Below are positions 24,618-34,300 of a stretch of 64,000 nucleotides of DNA, piece after piece. Position 1 is the stretch's first letter. Every line of letters starts with the position of its first letter. Under the pieces are notes generated by a model. That model was not told the DNA's origin. It searched no databases and saw nothing but the letters and a program-made list of their open reading frames with translations. This DNA comes from a virus: IMG/VR virus record IMGVR_UViG_3300023202_000163, positions 1 to 64,000 of that record. One strand, written 5' to 3'. The position numbers and the translations under genes were made by a program.

Positions 24618-25133
24618 ATGCCCAAACGTGCTTTACCAAAACCCCCAAGGATACCAAAAACAGATCCGATTGAGAGACCTCCACAGTTAAATGCGCCGGA
24701 CGAAGTGTCCCGGCCTAAGCCCTTAGATAGGGCGGAACTTCGTCTGTCCAGAAGGCCTAAAAGAGACGACTCTCTTCGTGGTCAGCCTGGAGGTCCTTTC
24801 ATCTCTCCTTATATGCACAAACAAAGACAAGACCCCTCTCGACAAAATCGAGAGGATAGTGAACAGTTTCGCGAATTGCAGGAACTAAATAAACAAAAAA
24901 AAGAAATCGATGATAAAATAAACGAAATAAGAAATAGAGATACTCGGATAAACCCTTATAATGTGAACAAACATGTTTCAGAGACTGTCAACTCTATTAT
25001 AGCAGATTTGCGGAATATGGAGCAAGCTCCATGGAGTGGAAATCTAGACGGTTTTTACGAATATTCTCCTTTACATAGTTTATTTAAAAATCAATTTAGC
25101 ATATCTGAAGAAGAAAATGAAGAAGAAAAATAA
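24618..25133 (+). CDS. Hypothetical Pro/Arg-rich protein
   Basis: 171-aa ORF in operon. Confidence 0.65.
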   Translation: MPKRALPKPPRIPKTDPIERPPQLNAPDEVSRPKPLDRAELRLSRRPKRDDSLRGQPGGPFISPYMHKQRQDPSRQNREDSEQFRELQELNKQKKEIDDKINEIRNRDTRINPYNVNKHVSETVNSIIADLRNMEQAPWSGNLDGFYEYSPLHSLFKNQFSISEEENEEEK

Positions 25134-25158
25134 AGTGGATGTACAGACAAGGAAATAG

Positions 25159-25506
25159 ATGAGCTATTTTTTAACTATAGATGATTTAAATTCAGGACGT
25201 AAAGTACTATTGGGGGGAAGGATCGTTACTCCTATAGGCATGTACGGAGATATGGTAAAAATAGCAGAAGATGGGAAATGGCACCCTCATTTATCGCTGA
25301 AACCATTGACTGAAGAACAGTTCCATGAAGCAGAACTCGAAAAGATGTCCGAGGCTGTTTCTGGCCTTCCTATAGTAAAGGCAAAAGCAAAAGGCAGAGG
25401 GTTTGAGTTTATATTGGAAGACAATACTCGTGTAGGGTTAATGTATTCTACCGAACAGGGTATAGAGTTATTTGTCTATGACTCAGAAGGTAAAAGGATT
25501 ATATAA
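25159..25506 (+). CDS. Hypothetical protein
   Basis: 115-aa ORF with AAGGA RBS. Confidence 0.65.
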   Translation: MSYFLTIDDLNSGRKVLLGGRIVTPIGMYGDMVKIAEDGKWHPHLSLKPLTEEQFHEAELEKMSEAVSGLPIVKAKAKGRGFEFILEDNTRVGLMYSTEQGIELFVYDSEGKRII

Positions 25507-26150
25507 TGCCAGTCCCCAAGAAAATGCATAAAAAGAAAAAAAGTATAGACGAGGCTTCTGAAGCCCTATTAAAAGAACTATCCTCTAACGGGGATTACGC
25601 AGAAGAAAGAGAAGAAAAGAAAGACGATCCTTTTGTTGATGAAGAAGGGGATTTACTGGTAGTGCCTACTATGGAGAGTCTTTCTGAATTGGTAGAGCAT
25701 GAGGGGTCCGCTAATAACGTTCCTGTAGTGGAGATACTTAGAAGAAACTTAAGAGTAACTCTACGTGCTATAGAGATGGCGGAACTCGCTTATCATATAA
25801 CCCCCAAGCAAGGAACGGCAACTGCCCTCACGCAAATGCAAAATATGGCAAAAGAATTGATGAAATCGATGGAAGATCATCAAGATCCGGAAGCTTTTGC
25901 AAATGAACTTTGTGAGACTATATTAAAACCCATGTGCATGACTTTCGTTAAAACGTTAACCACAGAAATTGATAGAAAAAGAGCATCTCTAATGTCTATA
26001 ATAGATGCTGAACGGGCGGGAGTTGTGCGTCATGAGTTATCTGACCTTCTACAGGGAACTTCTAAGGGCTTAGATGAAGGTTATGAAGATGCCAGAAGAC
26101 GGTTATATGAGATTCTTTCTGGAAAGCGAGATAAAAAAGGCAAGAAATAA
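25506..26150 (+). CDS. Helical protein, candidate terminase small subunit
   Basis: Position immediately upstream of and abutting terL; no motif evidence. Confidence 0.4.
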   Translation: MPVPKKMHKKKKSIDEASEALLKELSSNGDYAEEREEKKDDPFVDEEGDLLVVPTMESLSELVEHEGSANNVPVVEILRRNLRVTLRAIEMAELAYHITPKQGTATALTQMQNMAKELMKSMEDHQDPEAFANELCETILKPMCMTFVKTLTTEIDRKRASLMSIIDAERAGVVRHELSDLLQGTSKGLDEGYEDARRRLYEILSGKRDKKGKK

Positions 26151-29100
26151 ATGGCAGAGGAATGGTCTCCATCAAGCCTAATAAGCAAAGCATTAGCTTC
26201 CGATATGGACCCTGGTGTTTTTTCTGTTCTAAACGAAGACGATATACCCAAAGCCAAAAATTTTGCTGAATTTTGTCTAGGGAAAAAATTTCTCAATGTT
26301 GTACCCTACCCGAGACAGTTACAAATTGGTTTAGGTTTGTTCGAGGACCATTGTCCTTCTTGTACTAATCCTGATTGGGTACACGGAGAAGAGAAAACCT
26401 TAGATCTATTCGATCAGCCCATTTCAGAGATACTAGATAACGTTCAGTTTCTAGAATTCGGTAAATGCCCTAAATGTGGCTCTAATAGGAATGACTTTGT
26501 AAAAAAAGGTTACTTTCATAACCCAACGGAGTTAGCGGCCTGTTGCGGGCAGAGGTGTGTGACCGGGGAAACACTCGTCTTAACGGATAGGGGATTGGCA
26601 AGGATAGACGAATTTGTTAATAAAGCCCTGCCGAAACTTTCTGATCGCTCTGGTAATTTGCAAGAAACTACTAAATTTTTTAATGTTGCTCCCGAATATA
26701 CCTATAGGGTTAATTTTTCTAATGGTACTTATATTGAAGGGACAAAAGATCATCCAATACTAACTAATAGAGGTTTTGTAAAACTTTCTGATATTAAACA
26801 AGGAGACGAGATACCTATTAGTTTTGGTCAAAATATCTGGGGAAACAAAATAGCTTCTTATGACGACATTCATATCACCTTTGAAAAAGAATTTGAAGAA
26901 TGGAGAATGAAAACTAATTTTTGGAAAGTTAAAAACCACGATATTCCTAGAGGAAAACTTTCTCTAGAAGATGCTATGTTTTTAGGTTATTGGGTTTCTG
27001 AAGGAAGTGCTGGAGCTGTCATAACTAATAAAAACCCTAAAATACGAGACTTATGCATCAAAGTTTTAAATAGTTGGTTCTCTACGGATTTATACTATCA
27101 TAATTTGTCTTTTGGTTTGCGCACAGAGAAAGCAAAATTATGGATGAGCACGTTATTAGGTTACGCCTCAACGGGAACAAGTGTAGATAAAAAAATTCCA
27201 GCAGTAATTAAACAAGCTCCTAGAGAATATGTAATTGCTTTTTTATCTGCGTTATATGATGGAGACGGGAACGTCGGTAAATCTATTGACTATGACACTA
27301 TTTCTCCTACTTTGGCTATGGAAATCTTTTCTTTATTATCCAACCTTGGAATACCCTCAAAGATATATACTTCTTATAAATCCGCCACTAATGGAACAAA
27401 TAACCAGATACCGGTTCTCTCCTATAGAGTTGTAATAGAAGGACCTGCTGTACAGAAATTTCAAGAAATTATTGGTTTCAACATAGATTATAAAATAGAG
27501 AAAACAAAAAAACTAATAGAGGCTCATAATAATAAAAAGCTAAATATGCCTTATTGGTATGAAAAAGCCCCCTTTTCAAAGAAGCTTGAATTTATAAAGT
27601 TGGTTAAAAAAATTCAGAAATGTTTGCATGAAAATGTTCAACCTTTATCCCATAAAGCAAGAGTTTTTGGACTTCGGAGTGCATTGGGTAGGAAAGGTGT
27701 TGATCTATTTAAAAGGATGAAGGCGGAAAATGTAGCTTTGTCTAAAACTAAGATAAAAGATATATTGTATCCTCTATTGCGTTATAAATATGCATTTACT
27801 GAAGATATTATTAAAGAAATTGAGGATTTCTTGGCATACGCCGAATCTAATGACGCTTATGCGACAGTAAAGTCTATAGTAAAAAGTGACAGCCAAAAAC
27901 CCACTTATGATTTCCATGTTCCTGGAAAACATGAATTCTGGAGTAACGGAGTAACTTCTCACAATAGCGGAAAAAGCGCCGTAACCGCTATGATCGCTGC
28001 TTATGTGTTACATCGCTACTTGTCTATACCCGATCCTATTAATTACCTTAGTTTGCTTTCCTCATCTCAACTTTATATGAGTATGACTGCTATTTCCGCT
28101 GGTCAGGCGGAGGCCTCTTTATGGGCCCCTTTTCGAGAATATGTAGACGCAGCACCCTGGTTTAAAGATTATCATCAATTGTTGCAAGATGCAGGAGAAA
28201 GATTAGGGACAGAACTTTTACATAGACCTAGAACGTTTTTGGTCTATAAACATAAAAGAATTGTTTGCATGTACGAAGCGCCCAACAAAAGACGCCTCCG
28301 TGGTAAGACTAGAATTTTTTGTGTATCTGGAGATACGCAAGTAACAACTAATTTAGGTAGTTTCAGAATAGAAGATTTATTTGCTCCTGTTCAATCTAAC
28401 TTGGATCGTATCGATAAAGTAAAAGATTTAACAGTAGCCTCTCCCGCTGGTTTCGAGAAAGCTACACATTTACTCCAGTATAAAAATGTTCCTGGAGTAA
28501 AAATAGAAGGCGAAGATGGAACACAGCTAACAGGAACACCTGTACATCCTGTTTATATCTACAACCCTATAAATGGTTTTGAGATGAAAAAACTAGGAGA
28601 TATAAGGCCAGACTTAGATTATCTTGTATTACAGCCCCCAAAATACGATGCGTTCCCTACCGAAATACCTTTATTTAATTATAAATATAACCGAAACAGA
28701 GGAGGCGGGGAAAGGTCTCCGGCCCAGTTAGACGTTATGGATAGTAGAACGCATTCTATCTTCCCTTCCATGCTAACAACAGAATTAGCAGAGCTTATGG
28801 GTTTTTTGTGGGCGGAGGGCTCCCTTACAAAAAATTACAGAAAAAATAGAAAATGTTATACATATAGATTGAGATTTACGTCCAGTGATGTGTATTGCAT
28901 TGAAAGATATAAAAAATTATTCCTTTCTTGCTTCGGTGTGGAACCTAAATTCGCTAAAGCTGCTGGAGAATCTTGGAATTTAGATAATCAAAGTGCCTCT
29001 ATATGTCAATTTATGAATTATCTAGGGTACGAATATGAAGGTTGTCGTGTCAAAGATGTCCCCTGGCCCATACGAAAAGCCCCTAAAGAGATGGCTGTAG

Positions 29101-30983
29101 CCTTCTTACGAAGCTTTTTTGATGGGGATGGTATGGCGACCGCTACACAAGTAAGTTGCGACCTAAGTGCCCCTAAACTAGCAGAAGGGATTAAATTACT
29201 TCTATTCAACTTAGGAATTTTGTCTAGAATTTGCAGATACACAAGAAAAGGAAAAAATTACTACAAAGTAAGCATGTATGGTAAAAATAGAATGCTCTTC
29301 TTTGAAAAAATAGGTTTTGGTCTAGAAAGAAAACATAAATTTTCTGAGATAATTACATCTGAATATTCTTCTAAAAACGAGATGTTACCTATCGATGTAA
29401 CTAATTTAAGTAATAGTATAGAAAATAAAAACAAACGTATATGGAAAACTTGGAAAAATGAAAAAATAGAATTACCGGCAGGGTGTCTGGTAGAAATGCA
29501 TACATTAATGAGAGCTGTTGATGATAGATTTGATGAGCCTGAAAAAAGAATGAAAACAGTTAACCCCAGAAAATTATCCTCTGATTTTATGAAAAATTTA
29601 AAATGTATTGATGAAAAATTATATGATATTTTGGAGAAAGCCAGGGATGGTTTGTATTTTTCTAAAGTTAAATCTAAAAAAGACGTTGGTAATATTAACG
29701 TATACGATTTTACTATTCAACCCTCTCATTTATTTATGGCTAACGGGTTGGTCAATGGAAATTCAAGCGTCGATGAATTGGGCTGGCTAGAGGCAGACGC
29801 TTCCAAACAATCTGTTACTTTGTCCGCAGACGAAATTTCTGCTGCTTTGGATAATTCTCTCCGTACTGTAAGAAGTGCTGCACAATTAAAAAGAAAACAA
29901 GGTCTTTATAATTCTGTAGATGCTTACGCATGTAATATATCAAGTCCTTCAGAAAAAGACGATAAAATGATGCGCAATGTACGAGCTGCCCGCACTAATA
30001 GAAATATATACGCTTGTCATTATCCTACGTGGGAAGCCAATCCGACAATTACAAGGGAGAGTTTACAATCAGAATTTGACAAAAGTAGGATGGTAGCCGA
30101 GAGAGATTTTGGGGCTGTTCCTCCTCTGGCCAACGATCCTTTTATCGATAATCCAAACTGTATAGATTTAATGATAGATCCAAAACATGCTCATAATTTG
30201 ATACAGGTTAAAATAAATTACCACACAGACGACTTCGGTAATAAAACTAAATACGCTTCCGTTAATATTCCTCAAATAGACAAGAGAAAACCTAGAATGT
30301 TATTAGTAGACGCGGGAGAAAAAAGAAATCATTTCGCTGTAATGCTTATGACGTGGGATTCTCAAAGAAACCGACCAAGAGTAGATTACGTTTTCGATGT
30401 ATCGCCAGAAGAGGGCATTCCCATAAATTTTGCCTTGATGTGGGAGCACTGTTTTCAGCCTCTTATTAGGGGATTACTAATAAAGCACATGTTTTCCGAT
30501 ACTTGGAACTCCACTGACCTAGTACAGAATTTAAGACAAGCTAAAGTTATGTCCGAGCAGTATTCTCTAAAATTTCAAGATTTTGTGGAAATAGCCTCCA
30601 GACTTTCTTCTGGCGAGCTTATATTACCCAAACCAGAGCTTCCTGTGGAGGATCTTAGACTTACGTATGAAAACCCAATAGAATTTGTCCAAGGAAAACC
30701 TATATTAACATTAATTCTACAGATGTTAACCGTAAGGCAAGTAGGTAGAAGAATTACTAAACCTATTAATGGAGAGGATGATATGTTTAGGGCGTTGTGT
30801 CTGGGAATGTATCATATAGTCCAGCCTCAATATAAAAAATTGTACGCTGTTGATGCAGCCGGAGGCGCGGGAGGAAATCTTGGGGTTATTTTATCAAAGA
30901 GCGCAGGATCTGCTGGGTTAGATGGTAGAAAAACTACCCCAGGGGCTAGAATTGCTACAAAAAGAGGCTACAGGGCCAGATAG
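26151..30983 (+). CDS. terL: Terminase large subunit with two inteins (659 aa after splicing)
   Basis: Adenine-binding PYPRQ; Walker A GQR|SGKS; Walker B IF|SSVDE; ISSP coupling motif; nuclease LVDAG and EDD. Confidence 0.92.
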   Translation: MAEEWSPSSLISKALASDMDPGVFSVLNEDDIPKAKNFAEFCLGKKFLNVVPYPRQLQIGLGLFEDHCPSCTNPDWVHGEEKTLDLFDQPISEILDNVQFLEFGKCPKCGSNRNDFVKKGYFHNPTELAACCGQRCVTGETLVLTDRGLARIDEFVNKALPKLSDRSGNLQETTKFFNVAPEYTYRVNFSNGTYIEGTKDHPILTNRGFVKLSDIKQGDEIPISFGQNIWGNKIASYDDIHITFEKEFEEWRMKTNFWKVKNHDIPRGKLSLEDAMFLGYWVSEGSAGAVITNKNPKIRDLCIKVLNSWFSTDLYYHNLSFGLRTEKAKLWMSTLLGYASTGTSVDKKIPAVIKQAPREYVIAFLSALYDGDGNVGKSIDYDTISPTLAMEIFSLLSNLGIPSKIYTSYKSATNGTNNQIPVLSYRVVIEGPAVQKFQEIIGFNIDYKIEKTKKLIEAHNNKKLNMPYWYEKAPFSKKLEFIKLVKKIQKCLHENVQPLSHKARVFGLRSALGRKGVDLFKRMKAENVALSKTKIKDILYPLLRYKYAFTEDIIKEIEDFLAYAESNDAYATVKSIVKSDSQKPTYDFHVPGKHEFWSNGVTSHNSGKSAVTAMIAAYVLHRYLSIPDPINYLSLLSSSQLYMSMTAISAGQAEASLWAPFREYVDAAPWFKDYHQLLQDAGERLGTELLHRPRTFLVYKHKRIVCMYEAPNKRRLRGKTRIFCVSGDTQVTTNLGSFRIEDLFAPVQSNLDRIDKVKDLTVASPAGFEKATHLLQYKNVPGVKIEGEDGTQLTGTPVHPVYIYNPINGFEMKKLGDIRPDLDYLVLQPPKYDAFPTEIPLFNYKYNRNRGGGERSPAQLDVMDSRTHSIFPSMLTTELAELMGFLWAEGSLTKNYRKNRKCYTYRLRFTSSDVYCIERYKKLFLSCFGVEPKFAKAAGESWNLDNQSASICQFMNYLGYEYEGCRVKDVPWPIRKAPKEMAVAFLRSFFDGDGMATATQVSCDLSAPKLAEGIKLLLFNLGILSRICRYTRKGKNYYKVSMYGKNRMLFFEKIGFGLERKHKFSEIITSEYSSKNEMLPIDVTNLSNSIENKNKRIWKTWKNEKIELPAGCLVEMHTLMRAVDDRFDEPEKRMKTVNPRKLSSDFMKNLKCIDEKLYDILEKARDGLYFSKVKSKKDVGNINVYDFTIQPSHLFMANGLVNGNSSVDELGWLEADASKQSVTLSADEISAALDNSLRTVRSAAQLKRKQGLYNSVDAYACNISSPSEKDDKMMRNVRAARTNRNIYACHYPTWEANPTITRESLQSEFDKSRMVAERDFGAVPPLANDPFIDNPNCIDLMIDPKHAHNLIQVKINYHTDDFGNKTKYASVNIPQIDKRKPRMLLVDAGEKRNHFAVMLMTWDSQRNRPRVDYVFDVSPEEGIPINFALMWEHCFQPLIRGLLIKHMFSDTWNSTDLVQNLRQAKVMSEQYSLKFQDFVEIASRLSSGELILPKPELPVEDLRLTYENPIEFVQGKPILTLILQMLTVRQVGRRITKPINGEDDMFRALCLGMYHIVQPQYKKLYAVDAAGGAGGNLGVILSKSAGSAGLDGRKTTPGARIATKRGYRAR
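26556..27965 (+). mobile_element. Intein TerL-1 (470 aa), LAGLIDADG
   Basis: R/CVTGETLV, TKDHP, LGYWVSEG, LYDGDG, TSHN/S; inserted in Walker A. Confidence 0.96.
28320..29762 (+). mobile_element. Intein TerL-2 (481 aa), LAGLIDADG, ends in Gly-Asn
   Basis: F/CVSGDTQV, TPVHP, MGFLWAEG, FFDGDG, VNGN/S; inserted in Walker B. Confidence 0.94.
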
Positions 30984-30992
30984 GGGATAATT

Positions 30993-31301
30993 ATGAGCAC
31001 GATTTTAGCAAAAGTAGTGGAAAGACTAAAGCTATCTGAGGAGATGTCTAGAAAACTTCGAACAACTTCAGAAATTGCTGAAGCTGATACAGAAGAAAAA
31101 ATAATGGCTGTATTGGCCGGAATCAAGGAAGGTGAGCAATTTTCAGTAAGAGCAAAACAATTTTTACAAAAACCTGTAGAATACCCACAAAGAGTAGATG
31201 AGTGCCCTATTTGTTATGCTCATATGCACCCCGTGACTTTGGCCTCTGATAGAGAAGCTTATTTCTGTCCTGTACATAATGTATGTATGCCAGCCCAATA
31301 G
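30993..31301 (+). CDS. Small Zn-ribbon protein
   Basis: CPIC...CPVH..C; lies between terL and portal. Confidence 0.7.
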   Translation: MSTILAKVVERLKLSEEMSRKLRTTSEIAEADTEEKIMAVLAGIKEGEQFSVRAKQFLQKPVEYPQRVDECPICYAHMHPVTLASDREAYFCPVHNVCMPAQ

Positions 31302-31327
31302 TATAAAGGGTCTAAAGAAAGTATTAA

Positions 31328-34300
31328 ATGAAGTTTAATTTTGAAAATTCGCATCATTCTAGAAAAAGTGCCTACGGCAGAAGAGATTCTAGGGAAGGTC
31401 TGGGGAAAGTTGTACAGGCCAATATAGGTGGGTCTCGCGGCACCGGCGGTACCGGTGGTGGCGGGGGTGGTGGCTTTCCTGGGAGTGGTTCAGGAAATAA
31501 TTTGACCTCAGGGGGACAATATGATGTCACTAGGTATAACCCTGTACATGACCATCTAGAAATAGGATCATTAATTGAAGACTGGATGCCCCGAGACGCC
31601 TCAGGGCTTCATCAGATGTGGAGATTAATATATTTAAGAGATGCTATTGTAGGGCCTTCTATAGACCTATACAGCAATCTTCCGTACAGCGAATACAGAC
31701 TAACAGGTATAGATGATCCGGAAATACTTCGCGTATACCAAGATACGATGGAGCGATTGGACATTTCTACAATGATGCCTGAATTAGTTAAAGAGTTCCT
31801 AACTATAGGAAAATTTTGTTCCTCTTTAATTTTTGATAGTAAGCAAGGATCGTTTATTGATTGGACCCACCACGATCCGGACTTTCTTAGGATAGAGCCT
31901 ATTCCAGTTAGGGGTTTTGATCCTAAAGTTGATTTGGTGGCATCGCCCGCTTTAAAGAATTTTATTCATTCTATGGATGATAGAGATTTAGCCGTAAAGG
32001 AGCAGTTACCTGAAGAGTATTTGAGAGAACTAGAAAAGCAAGGTACGTACAAATTAAATCCGTTAAGCACTTTGTTCGTACCGAGAAGAGCGTCTCCTTA
32101 TGATTTTGTAGGTTGTGTTACTGGTGACACTTTATTGTCCACGGATAAGGGCTTTATCCGTATTTCTGAAATCCCTAATATTTATCCTTCTCGTGGAGAT
32201 GGCAAACTGGAAGCGGTTTCAATACAGGTTCCCGCTATTGCTGGGCAGGATACGGCTACGCACTGGGTAGACAAAGGAGAGCAGCCCACTAAAGGGCTTA
32301 TTACAGAGCATGGATATAGACTTACAGGGACATTGGACCACCCCGTGCTAACCCTAGACACCAGAACTTGTCAATCCTGTTGGGTTCCGTTGTCTGAAAT
32401 TAGTGAGGGCTCTATTATTGCTTTGAATAAGAAAGAAATTTGGCCGGATATAGACGTTGTGTTTGAGAGTACTCCTGTACAGCCTTCAGCAAATAACGCC
32501 AAAATTCACGTAATCCCACAGACTATGACACAGGAGCTTGCTTTAATTTTAGGTTATCTAACTTCCGAAGGTTATGTGAGAGAGGATAAAATCTCTTTTT
32601 CTAATTCAAACCCAGAAGTGCTTGAGGATTTCTTGTCTGCTTTCAGGTTATGTTTTCCTACATATGAGCCTTGTGTGGGCAAACCCAGAGAAAATGGACT
32701 AAAAGAAATAACGATAGCAAGCGTGCATATAACGCGCTTTTTGCATAGTCTTGGACTAGCTCCAGTTAGGGCACACCAGAAGGAAATTCCCTGGTCCGTT
32801 CTACAATCCACTAAGAATAGTATGGCAGCTTATCTGTCTGGACTATTTGAAGGAGATGGGACAACACGAGCAGACGAATGCGGTCTTACGTCTAAATCTG
32901 AAGAACTTATTAGACAAACTCAAGTAGTTCTGTTGAACTTTGGTATACTGTGCAGTATTTCTTCTCCTTTGGAAGGAGTGTGGTTCTTGCGCATGAGCGG
33001 CTCACAGTACGACCTGTTTCACAAGAAAATAGGCTTTAGAAGCTCCGCCAAAACGCACGAGTCTACACGCCGTGGTAGACGACCTAAAGGATTTAATAAA
33101 CTTCCAGGTCTAGAGGCTTATGTAAGGAAATTGGTAAAAGACAGGAGAGTGTCTGTTGGTACTTATATAAACGATGAAGGTAATACAGTAAAAGCTTCTG
33201 TAAAAACTAAAACATATGGTTGGTTTAATACTCGCTCTAACGTGTATAGAGGAATTTCTTGGCTTCGTTCTATTTCGGTATCTGAAGCCAACAAAGTACA
33301 GAATTTTGTTGACCAAACTTTGCACTGGGAAATGGTTTCCGAAACCTCGGACGAAGGCACACAGCGTGTTTATGATTTAGTTGTGCCCAATTCTCACGCT
33401 TTTACGTCAAACGGTATTGTTAGTCATAACACAAGTTTTCTTACAAGGATTGTCTCCTTCTGGGCCCTAGAAAAATCTCTAATCGAAAGCACGGTTACCA
33501 ACGCCAGAAGACGTACTCGCTCTATACTTCACGTAAACGCAGGTTTAGAAAATTTGTGGGAACCAACAGAAGAAGAGCTAGAAGCTATTTCTGGACTATT
33601 TATTCAAGCGGACGAGGATCCGGTTGGGGCTGTTGTTACCACCCGCACAGGGGTTGAGACAAGTGAAATACGAGGAGGAGGAGATTTCTGGAAACTTTCA
33701 GATGAGTGGGCATTTTTGACTGAAGGTAAAATGAGAGCACTTGGTATTTCAGATGCGTTCCTTTGTCTGTCAGGAGATACGTATATTCCTACGGTTGACA
33801 GAGGTATTGTAAAGATTAGAGATTTCTTAGATAAAACTAGAATTAAAAATTTCAAAGAATCTATACCTGTAGACGCTAGAAATATCACTGTAAGCTCACA
33901 ATACGGTCTTGGCCATGTAGATTCTTGGGTTTACAGCGGAAAGAAAAAAGTATACAAGTTAACTACGGATTTTGGTTATGGTCTTAGTGCAACCAAAGAG
34001 CACCGTTTTCCAGTTCTTCGTGATGGGGGCGTTACATGGGAGCCTTTGGAAAATATTCAAAAGAATGACCATGTGATAATACCCACCAACAAATGTGTTA
34101 GAAATACTCCGCTATCCTTGGATAGGAAAATAAAAAGGAGCTGCATAGAAAAAATTCCCAACTCCAAGAAGATAAACTTACCGACTGAAATGACCCCTAG
34201 TTTGGCCTTTTTACTAGGGGGCGTGGTTTCCGAAGGTGTTATTTTCGATAAGCATATAAGATTTACCAACAGCTCTCAAAAATTTATTAAAAGCTTTAAT

